Notes: generated by a model not told the origin, from the letters alone. 64,000 nucleotides of DNA from Basidiobolus meristosporus CBS 931.73 (GCA_002104905.1 MCFE01000159.1:1-64000); one strand, 5' to 3'. Shown: positions 36,129 to 47,619, numbered from the stretch's first letter. Translations and numbers: made by a program.

Positions 36129-36845
36129 ATGAAATCACAAGTAACACTCGCTCTCCTTGCTTTCGCCACTGCGCTCGCTCAAAACAACGGACAAGCCATG
36201 CAAGGTAAGTGTTTCCGGGAAACGCGCTGCGCTTCGGTGGGTTGGTGACAGATTTGCTAAATTTAAACGACAGGTTGCATGTCGAAGTGTGATGAGGAGA
36301 GCTCTACGTGGGTCAACTGTGCCGCAGAGTGTATGGGGGTTCCACATCCCACCACCAGAGATGGTAGGTTCTGTTCTCTTACTGGCCAATTGCGCCGGAT
36401 GCCCTGCAGAAACACTCACTAATGTAATCTCAATCCAACACTCGTGATTGTAGTCCAAGATACTAGAGATTGTTTCAATAATTGTGACCAGAATGATGGC
36501 GGGTGTCAGAGTGAGTGCATTAAAACGCACTTCGTTGGGGATGCTAATGCAAAGAATGATTCTTCTGCCCAGTCGACTAGCACAAGTGGCGCTACTCCTA
36601 CCACCGGTGTGGAGGATCCGGACGCTACTACAACCTCCCTCTCGGTAGCCAGTACCAATAAATCGGTTACGAACACTGCGAACCAGAGTTCGACGGGTTT
36701 ATCCACCAAGCCATCGAGCACAGTGACACCTACTGGAATAAGTAGATCCGCCTCAAATACCCTGTCAAGTGGAACAGCGCTAAACAAGATGATCATAGTT
36801 AGTGCGGGATTACTCCTAAGTGGTCTGATACAAATGCAGTGGTAA
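36129..36845 (+). CDS. secreted 8-Cys, Ser/Thr-rich, GPI-like protein, paralog A
   Basis: Exons 36129-36204, 36274-36363, 36454-36845 with GT-AG introns. MKSQVTLALLAFATALAQ signal peptide; CMSKC..CAAEC..CFNNC..CQSEC; hydrophobic C-terminus. Confidence 0.9.
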
Positions 36846-37316
36846 ATAGTATCGAGAAGGTAACAAGAGAAACAAAGTAGATGTGCCAGAATATACCACT
36901 TTCAAGGAAGAGTAGACAGAAGGATATACTTAGTACCAGAATGAACCTCCCCATTTCTATAGCTAACCCGAAGTGTTGCTTCTACTTCACTGCAGAATCA
37001 AACTCACTGATCTATATATATATACCACCATGTGATACCCATTTTAATTTTTAAACAATGGAGCAAGTAGTAAGCGCTGTTATGGAATTTAGTACAGACA
37101 GCCAACACGACCCATACTCCCAGTGCTGATCACTTTATTTGGAATAAATATGGCACGAGAAATCTGACGTACTCGCCTTCAGATTCAATATCCAAGCCAA
37201 TGTGATGCGCGATGCCACCTTACGGGATCTCCAGGTACACCGAGTTTCTATACAATGGATGAATATCAGGTTAGCTATAAATACAGTTTTCTGGGCATCA
37301 CCAGAAATTCAACACC

Positions 37317-39482
37317 ATGTCTCTAGCTATGTTCAATGAAAAAGGCCATTTCTGTTTTCCCAAGGAAGTAGCCCCTCAGCTCAGCGATGAAGAATGGTCG
37401 ACATTCCGAGTCCTCCTGGACACCTTTACTCCCGGGCTAACTTTAAACCAATGCAAAACTGTAGTCAAGAGCCACCCGCAGCTTCCTAAAGATAAGGCCC
37501 AATGCTTTCTTAGGGCTCCGGTCAGCAGTTGGGTGACTAGGGAGTTTGTGGATTTAAAGCTATCCACCAGGAGTAAAGCAAAGTCAAACAACCTGAAGCA
37601 GACTCTACACTTGTTGAGCTCCTCAACCACCGCATTACCGATGACTGGTCATATCACGCCATTTACAAAACGCTCCTGAGAGCAACGCGAGGTAGCAGTA
37701 CAGAAATGGGCTCTTAGCAGCATTAATACTTTCAAGACCATGTATAATTTATTAGGAGGCCTGTGCATCAATCTTACCTACTCTCAGCCAGCCTTTGGTA
37801 AAGAGTTTATTTATTGGTCAGCCAGTGGTTACCCTGGCCCCGATCCTCTCAGAGACACTAAGAGATTGTCGCTGAGTCTGAACGAGTACCAGTTCTTGGA
37901 AGTCCCCGCTCAAGGGGCCACTCTGGAGTACGACGTGGTGGTTGTGGGAACCGGGGCTGGAGGTGGGGTTGTGGCCGGAAGACTCGCTTCTGCCGGCTTG
38001 AAGGTGCTGGTACTGGAGAAAGGGCAGTTCTACAGCATGGACCAGCTTCCCTTGACCGAGGCTGAGTCCTATCACTATCTGTTTGAGGGCAATGGCTCAG
38101 TAGTCAGTGAGGATGGTGGGCTGACATTACTGGCCGGCTCTACGTTTGGCGGTGGTACGCAGGTAAATTGGTCGGCTTCTCTAGCACCACCCCACTATGT
38201 GAGAGAAGAATGGTCTCGTGAATACGGCCTATCCTTCTTCGAGAGCGCACAATTTCAACGCAATATCGAAGCCGTAAGCAAGAGACTTGGTGTTTCGGAA
38301 GCACATATCCAACACAACTTGGCCAATGAAGCGCTGCTGATTGGAGCCAAGCGACTTGGATATCCTACTGGCAACATTCCTCAGAACACAGCCAATAGAC
38401 ATCATGATTGTGGCTGGTGCACGTTTGGCTGCTCGAACGGGGGCAAACAGAGCACGACGGTAACGTGGCTACAAGATGCTCAGCAGCATGGAGCTCACTT
38501 TGCGGTGAACTGCCAGGTGAAGCAAGTGATAATCAAGGACGGAAGGGCCGAAGGAGTCATTGCGCATGTGAATGGATCCCCTCTTGTGGTCAAAGCCAAG
38601 CGAGTAGTGGTTTCAGCAGGTGCACTGAACAGCCCTTTGATCCTTGAGCGATCCGGACTCAGGAACAAGAATATCGGACGTCATCTGCGTGTTCATCCCG
38701 TGTACATAGCCAGCGGTTACTTCCCCGATATCACGATTGACCAGTTTAGTGGAAGTATCATGACTGCGATCACAGGTGTTGCCGACCGTCGAAAAGGCAC
38801 CGGGTACGGAACAAAGATTGAGATCCTCGCAGGGCATCCAGTTCTGGGATGCTTCTTGAGATCTTGGAGGTCTGGGTAGAGCCACAAAATAAGCATGCTG
38901 ACATTGAGGAACCAAATAACTGTGGCCATTTTGATCCGAGACAAAGATAACGTGGCCCGGGTGTTTGCCGACAAAGAAGCACAAAAGCCGTGTGTCGAGT
39001 TTTCCCTGGGCAAGTTCGATGCAGAATCGGGGGTAGAAGGTGTTCAGGCGGCCACTAAGATCTTGGTTGCTCTTGGAGCCCAGGAGGTGGAGGTCCCGTT
39101 CCCTGGGATGAAGCCATTTGTTGCTGAGTATACAGAGGTCCCATCGGGAGATGATTCCGTTTTCCCCAACGTTGAGCTCAAGGATTCTGCGAAATTGGCC
39201 CAATTCCTCGACAAGATGAGTCGTACCAATTTCAAACAGCTGTCACCCATGTCAGCTACTGCTCATATCATGGGCTCATGTCGCATGGGAACCTCGCCTA
39301 AGGTATCGGTTGTGAATCCCAAGGGTGAGACATGGGAAACAAAAGGACTATATGTCGCGGATGCAAGTGTGTTCCCAACGTCAAGTGGGGTCAATCCCAT
39401 GATCACCATACAATCGGTTGCGTACTCGATTGCTGAGTTCATTAAGGAAGATTTATTTCAATCTCATGAGTCCAAGCTCTAA
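37317..39482 (+). pseudogene. long-chain fatty alcohol oxidase (GMC oxidoreductase) copy 1, two in-frame stops
   Basis: Collinear with 39817-41982 without indels. TGA at 37677-37679 (TCA in copy 2) and TAG at 38877-38879 (GAG in copy 2). Confidence 0.9.
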
Positions 39483-39816
39483 TTGATGGCTGATTTACCA
39501 CTCTACTCGAGATGAGAAGCTGAGGCTTATGATCCAATATATATAAATTGCCTTTATGAATCATACGTATATATACCGATTATGTCCATTAAACCAACCA
39601 CCTATTGACCATCCTGATCAATCCAGTCAAAGCACCATCGTCAGCCAACTCATGTTTCATTTACCGCACGACCATGATACAGCCTTAGATAAGCTGATAT
39701 ACTTTCCTATGGTTTTGGGACGGGCTATTGAGGTGCGGGGATCTATGCCGTTTACGATTGATTTTTGGTGATCACTATAAATTGAAGGATTCCCATCAAA
39801 GTCAGAGATATTCGCC

Positions 39817-41982
39817 ATGGCTTTGGTCACTTATGATGAGAAAGGCAGATTCGCATTTCCAAGTGAAGTCACCCCCCTGTTGACCGATGAAGAGTGGTCA
39901 ACATTCCAAGTCCTTCTGGACACTTTCACTCCAGAATTAACTATGAAGCAGTGCGACAGGATACTTGAGAACCACCCGCAATTTCGTAACGATAACGCTC
40001 AACGCTTCCTCAGGACCCCAGCCAGTATTTGGGTTACCCGGCAGTATGCGGACCTGAAACTATCCAGCTTGAGTAAACAGAAAGTGAAGGATTTAAAAAA
40101 TATCCTGCACTATCTGAACTCCTCGGCTGCCTCGCTGTTTCTAACCGGCCATATTTCGCCATTTACGAAGCTCTCCTCAGAGCAACGTGAGCTGACCATC
40201 CAAAAATGGGCCGTCAGCAGCCTTGGAACTTTTCGAACTCTGTATAATACGTTGGGGTGTCTGTGCATCAATCTTACCTACTCTCAGCCAGCCTTTGGTA
40301 AAGAGTTTATTTATTGGTCAGCCAGTGGTTACCCTGGCCCCGATCCTCTCAGAGACACTAAGAGATTGTCGCTGAGTCTGAACGAGTACCAGTTCTTGGA
40401 AGTCCCCGCTCAAGGGGCCACTCTGGAGTACGACGTGGTGGTTGTGGGAACCGGGGCTGGAGGTGGGGTTGTGGCCGGAAGACTCGCTTCTGCCGGCTTG
40501 AAGGTGCTGGTACTGGAGAAAGGGCAGTTCTACAGCATGGACCAGCTCCCCTTGACCGAGGCTGAGTCCTATCACTATCTGTTTGAGGGCAATGGCTCAG
40601 TAGTCAGTGAGGATGGTGGGCTGACATTACTGGCCGGCTCTACGTTTGGCGGTGGTACGCAGGTAAATTGGTCGGCTTCTCTAGCACCACCCCACTATGT
40701 GAGAGAAGAATGGTCTCGTGAATACGGCCTATCCTTCTTCGAGAGCGCACAATTTCAACGCAATATCGAAGCCGTAAGCAAGAGACTTGGTGTTTCGGAA
40801 GCACATATCCAACACAACTTGGCCAATGAAGCGCTGCTGATTGGAGCCAAGCGACTTGGATATCCTACTGGCAACATTCCTCAGAACACAGCCAATAGAC
40901 ATCATGATTGTGGCTGGTGCACGTTTGGCTGCTCGAACGGGGGCAAACAGAGCACGACGGTAACGTGGCTACAAGATGCTCAGCAGCATGGAGCCCACTT
41001 TGCGGTGAACTGCCAGGTGAAGCAAGTGATAATCAAGGACGGAAGGGCCGAAGGAGTCATTGCGCATGTGAATGGATCCCCTCTTGTGGTCAAAGCCAAG
41101 CGAGTAGTGGTTTCAGCAGGTGCACTGAACAGCCCTTTGATCCTTGAGCGATCCGGACTCAGGAACAAGAATATCGGACGTCATCTGCGTGTTCATCCCG
41201 TGTACATAGCCAGCGGTTACTTCCCCGATATCACGATTGACCAGTTTAGTGGAAGTATCATGACTGCGATCACAGGTGTTGCCGACCGTCGAAAAGGCAC
41301 CGGGTATGGAGCCAAGCTTGAGATCCCCACAGGGCATCCAGTCCTGGGATGCTTCCTGAAATCCTGGAGGTCTGGGGAGAGCCACAAGACGAACATGTTG
41401 ACATTGCGAAACCAAGTCTCGGTGATCACACTGATCCGGGATAAGGATAGCGTGGCCCGAGTGTTTGCCGACAAAGAAACACAAAAGCCGTGTGTCGAGT
41501 TTTCCCTGGGCAAGTTCGACGCGGAGTCCGGAGTAGATGGTATCGAGGCAGTAGTGAAAATTCTGATCGCTGCTGGGGCCAAGAAAGTGGAGGTCCCGTT
41601 CCCTGGGATGAAGCCATTTGTTGCTGAGCATACAGAGGTCCCATCGGGAGATGATTCCGTTTTCCCCAACGTTGAGCTCAAGGATCCTGCGAAATTGACC
41701 CAATTCCTTGATGAGATACGTCGCACGAAGGCTAAGCAGCTATCCCCTATGGTTGGCTCTGCTCATCAAATGGGCACTTGTCGCATGGGAACCTCGTCTA
41801 AGGTATCGGTTGTGAATCCCAAGGGTGAGACATGGGAAACAAAAGGACTATATGTCGCGGATGCAAGCGTATTCCCTACACCAAGTGGGGTCAATCCCAT
41901 GATCACCATACAATCGGTTGCGTACTCGATTGCTGAATTCATCAAAGAGGACGTATTCCATATCAAAGGCTCCAAGCTCTAA
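39817..41982 (+). CDS. long-chain fatty alcohol oxidase/dehydrogenase (GMC family), 721 aa, intronless
   Basis: VVVGTGAGGGV FAD motif, LAGSTFGGGTQVNW, CGWCTFGC, SAHQMGTCRMG, GVNPMIT; N-terminal extension typical of FAO. Confidence 0.95.
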   Translation: MALVTYDEKGRFAFPSEVTPLLTDEEWSTFQVLLDTFTPELTMKQCDRILENHPQFRNDNAQRFLRTPASIWVTRQYADLKLSSLSKQKVKDLKNILHYLNSSAASLFLTGHISPFTKLSSEQRELTIQKWAVSSLGTFRTLYNTLGCLCINLTYSQPAFGKEFIYWSASGYPGPDPLRDTKRLSLSLNEYQFLEVPAQGATLEYDVVVVGTGAGGGVVAGRLASAGLKVLVLEKGQFYSMDQLPLTEAESYHYLFEGNGSVVSEDGGLTLLAGSTFGGGTQVNWSASLAPPHYVREEWSREYGLSFFESAQFQRNIEAVSKRLGVSEAHIQHNLANEALLIGAKRLGYPTGNIPQNTANRHHDCGWCTFGCSNGGKQSTTVTWLQDAQQHGAHFAVNCQVKQVIIKDGRAEGVIAHVNGSPLVVKAKRVVVSAGALNSPLILERSGLRNKNIGRHLRVHPVYIASGYFPDITIDQFSGSIMTAITGVADRRKGTGYGAKLEIPTGHPVLGCFLKSWRSGESHKTNMLTLRNQVSVITLIRDKDSVARVFADKETQKPCVEFSLGKFDAESGVDGIEAVVKILIAAGAKKVEVPFPGMKPFVAEHTEVPSGDDSVFPNVELKDPAKLTQFLDEIRRTKAKQLSPMVGSAHQMGTCRMGTSSKVSVVNPKGETWETKGLYVADASVFPTPSGVNPMITIQSVAYSIAEFIKEDVFHIKGSKL

Positions 41983-42674
41983 CTAATTTATTTATGCCCC
42001 CAACTGTACCCCCCCCCCCTGAACTAACTAAATACTCGCCGATACATAGTCAATGAATAGTAAATTGTGTTTATACTGAAGGGGAAACGCCAAGAATGTG
42101 ACCTGAAAAGATGGGTATCGAGGGTTTTCAGCAAGGCTAATCGTAAGCTAAGGTTTTTGGTGCTCATCCAGCATATATTTTCCAGAATAGTTAGAGATTC
42201 TGAGCAACCAAAGCTGAAGCAGTGAGGTGATTTGGTGATCTTACTATTACCCACCACATTTGGTAGTAAATAGAGTCCGCAACAGTAACAACATGGGCTC
42301 GGTGGTCCCCCACATATGATGACAGTGTTTGACGAGGGTACATCATATATATGCAGTCTCAAACTTCAAGCAGTAAGGCTACAATCTAGAAACAAGCCCA
42401 ACTAGTTGTATGTTGCCCCCTCAAAGACCGACTTGGTATGCTTCGAAAAAGACCCCAACCCGTGCCGCATGCCTATTGATGTAGAGCTAACGATGGATCA
42501 ACTAAGCACATAGTTCGTATAATTTAACAAGCCAATGCACAAAGCAACACTGTAAACCATAGCATGTATCGGTCCGACGAATCCTTAGCTCGTGCTATAT
42601 AAACTTTAGGACTAGTGAATGAACATCACCAAGGAACTCGAGTTCACAGGAATACTTCTATTGAAAAGTTCAAT

Positions 42675-43368
42675 ATGAAAAGTTGTCTTATCATTGTTTC
42701 GGTCGTTCTCTCCTCCGTTGTGGCTCAGGCAAATGGGAAAGCTGTTCAAGGTATGTGGATTGGGGGTGGACGAAGATGCTTCGGTATCATCCTTGGTTGC
42801 TCACCAGAATCAAATACTAGGATGTATCTTAATGTGTGATCAGGGAAGCCCAACATGGGTCAGCTGTGCTGCGGAGTGTATGAGAGCTCCACACCCTACC
42901 ACCAGAGATGGTGAGCGCTATTCATCTACACTTGCCCATTGTGGTAGGTAATTTGCTGGAGCACCTACTCATTAACCCTTCAATCCGACTCGCATGATTG
43001 CAGTGCAAGATACCAAAGACTGCTTCAATGAGTGTGATCAGAATGATGGAGGGTGTCAGAGTGACTGTATCAAGACACATTTTGTTGGCGGAGAAAATTC
43101 AATGAGCAAATCCACTGTTCAGCCGACCGACACAAATATTCCTACTTCTAAAAGTACCGAAGATTCTGTAGCTACCAACACCTCGCTCTCTACTAGCATC
43201 TCTAGCCAAAGTATGACTAGCGGAGCCACTAGGGCTTCGAATCCACCAACAACCACTGGACCAAGTCGGTCAGCCTCAGTCAATATATCAAGCGGAGAGA
43301 CAAGGAATCAGGTGGCTATGGTAACCACAGGATTACTATTAAGTGGCCTATTGTGGATGCAACATTAG
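42675..43368 (+). CDS. secreted 8-Cys GPI-like protein, paralog B
   Basis: Exons 42675-42750, 42821-42910, 43004-43368; CILMC..CAAEC..CFNEC..CQSDC; ends GLLLSGLLWMQH. Confidence 0.9.
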
Positions 43369-43663
43369 ACAAGCATGGAGAAAAGATCGACGTTCTAAAA
43401 TAGTTCAGCTTTGAAAATGCAGAATATATACCAATAAACACATATCTTTCTTCATGCACAACAGTGTAGGAATACATGGTAAAGGTGTCAAAATGGAGCA
43501 TTGCTTATAGAATATGCATAGTCTGCTCAGTTTTCGTGTCTATCTCTGGCATATCCAGAGCTCAGATTACGTGAAATTCCTACTACACCCCGTGCTTGGG
43601 CACCCCACCCCAAGCTTAAGGTGCTACTTACATAATCGGTGCAGCACTCCATCCCTCGTATCT

Positions 43664-43882
43664 GTGATAATTCCCCTCGCTTGGCATTGTGGCATCAACT
43701 GCGGTGAGTGTGGAGATTCACACCTCAACTTGTTGGTTCCCGCCTCCTGTTTCTACCTTCAGTCTGGCTCCACCGCTGCTACCGAATATAAACCCCAAGG
43801 GGACTCAATTCAATCACCATCACGACAGCAACAATACTGCTCCTGCTACTTTACCAAGACTCTCCGTACATCCTAACCCAAG
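43664..43882 (+). promoter_or_regulatory. conserved promoter/5' leader of paralog C, inverted copy at 46439-46667 upstream of paralog D
   Basis: Shared blocks GTGATAATTCCCCTCGCTTG, GAGTGTGGAGATTCACACC, CAGTCTGGCTCCACCG, TATAAA and CCAAGGGGACTCA. Confidence 0.75.
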
Positions 43883-44793
43883 ATGAGATCTGCCTTGATA
43901 ATTGCCCTTATTTCCCTCTCAATGGTAGCTTCCCAAAACGACGATCAAGATATGCAAGGTAAATAATTAGGAGGATACATGCCCGGTGCTAAATGGGTTA
44001 CTGAGGATGACTTGAATCCTAGGATGTTTGTCTCTTTGTGACCAGGACAGTCCACAATGGGTGGTCTGTGCAGCCGACTGTGTTGGTGTATCCCATCCGA
44101 TAATGGAAGATGGTAATTGAAAGATTTCCATTAATTGATGGCGATACTTACTGTTGTCTACCTACAGTGCAAGACACGCAGGACTGCGTTGATGGATGCG
44201 ATTCTGACGATGGCCAATGCCACAATCAATGCATCAAGGCTCATTTCGACCGGCACGTATCCCAGACCGAGCTCGTCGACACCACTTTTGGGGAAGAGAG
44301 TAATGATGGTTTCCCAGTTCCTGATAATACCCCAGTCCAAACTCCAGAGCCCAGAGCAAGCGCCAGTAATCACCCCTCCAGCCAACCCACTGGTCATGCA
44401 AATGGAGACACATTCTCGGGTGAGAATGCTGGGATGACTATGCCACTCCCGGCTGCTGGGAATGGGAACTCAAGATCCGACCACAACAGCAATGGCAACA
44501 ACCATCGGCTCAACCCAGCTGGAAATCCTGTTGGTGGACCAGCCTCCGGATTATCGAACACCCATACCTCAGCAGTAGCCAGAGGCACCATCCCAAGCAC
44601 TCTCGCTGGGAGAATTATGAACAAGGGCGTAGCTTCACATAGCACTCCTACATCATCCGCATTTGTTGGCGTAAGTCGCACCTCTACCAGAGTTGTATCC
44701 ACTTCCATCCTACCTGGTAGTCAATCATCCAGCATTAGGGTCACCTCAGCTCTGCTGGTATCAGGAATTTTGGTCACCTTGAGCCAACATTAG
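43883..44793 (+). CDS. secreted 8-Cys GPI-like protein, paralog C
   Basis: Exons 43883-43958, 44023-44112, 44168-44793; CLSLC..CAADC..CVDGC..CHNQC; long S/T/N/G/P tail. Confidence 0.9.
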
Positions 44794-45663
44794 TGAGGAA
44801 TCGCATATAGTCATATCAATAAATGCATTCATTACCGGAAATACCACCACATTAACTACGGCATCATCTATGGCATCAAGCGTGCTAGCAGTTTCTGAGA
44901 CAGTACAGTACTTGTATCAGCATGATGAGCGACTCCTTCCAACAAGATGGGCGTTGGTTTTAGCAATTCCGGCATTCCCTAAGCAAATCAGCCCAATCGA
45001 GTATACGAATCTTCGGCAGAGCTCTTTTTAAAGATCTGAAAATTGGCTTCAAGATACTGGCTTATAGTGCAAGTGCTGTATTTAAGGTTAGGAAATGGGT
45101 TAGGCTGTGGGGCCATACTCATTGTAACAGTCCTTGGTATCTGCACGACAACCATGTGAGTTGGATTGTAGGGTTGGTGAGTGGGCGAATGGATACTTCT
45201 GCAGAATACCCAGGACGCATAGCGTAGGCGAATGATATCCAACACCTTTTCACTGTTAGGTATAGAACTTCCATACACACTCCACGACTCAGCTGACTCG
45301 CCCGAGGCCTTCCCAGTTGCATACTGAGAAGCAGTCAAGTGCTTGAATCCCACGAGTACCCAGCAGCTCTTCCTATCGAACGCAATCGGTATCCAACTAA
45401 TCGACAACACGGAAAACAAGTGAAGAATAAAATACAGTCAAGGAGCCTTTTGATAAGGAATATCTTCGGTAATTCCATGGCAAACTTTATTGACTATATT
45501 CAGGACAGGAAGATGAGCTGCTTCGAAGAAGGTCTGGCTCTAACTAGCGACTCAAGTGACAAATGTGGCAGTTATGCATGAATGGAAGTCATGTCCCCCC
45601 CTAAGGATTTCTGGAGATATGTGATATATGCAACGCAAAAGGATTCTCATCTTGATGTATCCG

Positions 45664-46438
45664 TTAAAGGTTCCAACAGTATAGCGCGGCGGTAGCCAAA
45701 ATCCCTACATTGAATGAGGCCTTGCTTTCGGATGCGTCGTTCATTTGTGGCACGAAGGCAATCGGCGTGCGTGCAACTCTGGCTGAAGTCACGCTCGGGG
45801 AACTTGTAGTGAATGAGTTCATACTATGACTTAGTCTGGACATGACAGACTGGCCAGTAGGCATACTTGTATGTGTAGTCAGTTGTGTGCCACGATGTGT
45901 GGCCAGATGCGAGGGTGGATTTGTGGCTAGATGCGAGGATGGGGTTGTGGCTGGGTGTGTGGCTTGTTCCGGAGCGATAGATTGCGTAGTGGAAAATGGA
46001 CCCTCCTCACTAGGATCTGCATTGCTAGTTGCGATTGAGTTACTACTTTCACCGGTAACATTTTCCGAATGACTCTCTTGGCACCAACTAGGGCAGCTGC
46101 CCCCATCGTTGCATTCGTTTGCACATTCCATCCATTCATGATCTAGGTCTAGTGTGTCGAGGCATAGTTAGTCGTGAGAGAATAGACGACCAGGAAACCA
46201 TGAGGACAAACCATCGTCGATCTCAGTAGGAGGTAATCCAACGCAATCAGATGCACAGTTAACCCATTCGGGATCATCTTGATCGCACTGTGCTAGGCAA
46301 TCTACGATTCATGGGTTAGCCATATCAGTTCCACAGTTCTCTTCGTATACACAGCCTCTTACTTTGGATTTCGTGATGATCCTCCTGGGCTGCAACGAGT
46401 ATGAAGGAAATCAGGGGAAGAATCAAAGTCAGTCTCAT
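45664..46438 (-). CDS. secreted 8-Cys GPI-like protein, paralog D
   Basis: Exons 46438-46363, 46301-46212, 46142-45664; MRLTLILPLISFILVAAQ; CLAQC..CASDC..CANEC..CPSWC; T/H/P repeat tail. Confidence 0.88.
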
Positions 46439-46999
46439 CTTAGGTAAGTCAATTGGTTTGAAGAGCCTTGGTGAAGAAGCAGTAGTAGCTATGGTTGTTG
46501 CAGTTGTGATGATGATTGAGCCGTGAGTCCCCTTGGCATTTATACTTGGCAGCAACGGTGGAGCCAGACTGGAGGTGGAAACAGGAGACGGAAATCAACA
46601 AGCTGGGGTGTGAATCTCCACACTCGCCCCGGTTGATCCCACAATGTCAAGCGAGGGGAATTATCACGTATGTGGGGGACGGTGAGCAATCCCGCTTATG
46701 TAGAGATACCACCTTTCCTGAGCACGAGCTGCGATGGATGACGGAGTCAAAACAAATACGCCGGGACCCATCTAACATGCGAACGGAAGAGGATGCGCCA
46801 GGCCTTCACATGCATGCATACTTGTGGGCGTGTGTTAATAACAACACTTGAAGCATCAAGAATTGCATCATCCACTCAACCATATTAATACAAATTTATT
46901 GCTACAGTATGTTCATCGGTACACTAAGAAATCAACGGTATCATGAAACAAAACGCTGTACAGATTTACAATCAGCTAGCCCTCCCCTGGCCTTCTAAT

Positions 47000-47619
47000 C
47001 TATTTCTGAACCCAAATCAGGCCACACATAAGCATCCCTACACTAAACAATGTCGCATCTGTCATGCTTGCTCCACTGGATGGTGTGACCGAGGGTGGTC
47101 TATTGGAACTAGATGCAGTGGTGGCAGCAGAGGCACCTGTGGCCATTGTGCCGCCTGCTCGGCCTGCAGTTTTGGTTGCCGAACCAAGCATGCCAGTCGG
47201 AGTTGCTGATCCAGAGCCCAAAGGTTGGTGGGATTGTGATCCATCGCCGCTAACGAAGTGGGTTTTGATACAGTTATCCTGACAGCCACCATCGTTCTTT
47301 TCGCACTGGTTAAAGCAATCTTTCGTGTCCTGGACTACATGTGGGTTAGATGAGTATGGACGGAACTTTTCTGGTCATAGCCATGCCACATACCATCCTT
47401 GTTGGTTGGGTGCGGTACACCCACACATTCCGCCGCGCAAGTGACCCATAAAGCGCTACTCTGATCGCACTTTGCCAAGCACTCTTCGGAAAGGTTTGGT
47501 TAAACTGCATAAGTAACGACCGATCGGATCGGGAGACCCTTACCTTTTGCCGGCATGGAGGTATTCTGCGCCAATACAGAGGACATCGCGACAAGCCCAC
47601 AGACAACGAGGAATTTCAT
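47000..47619 (-). CDS. secreted 8-Cys GPI-like protein, paralog E
   Basis: Exons 47619-47544, 47483-47394, 47334-47000; MKFLVVCGLVAMSSVLAQ; CLAKC..CAAEC..CFNQC..CQDNC; ends GMLMCGLIWVQK. Confidence 0.9.

Noticed and set aside
37677-38879. Alternative genetic code or recoding to explain the FAO copy 1 stops
   Set aside because: The two stops are different codons, and TGA, TAG and TAA all terminate other clear genes here (PSF2, CUL3, RPS6).
37317-39817. Exact 2500-bp offset of the FAO copies as a sign of an engineered or periodic unit
   Set aside because: Follows from equal CDS length plus a 334-bp spacer; the upstream regions are not visibly homologous, so it is treated as coincidence.
44988-45581. 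ORFs in the spacer between paralogs C and D
   Set aside because: No recognisable motif, codon bias or splice model.
36129-47619. Calling the 8-Cys proteins hydrophobins or CFEM proteins
   Set aside because: No adjacent CC pairs, and the spacing does not fit either pattern.
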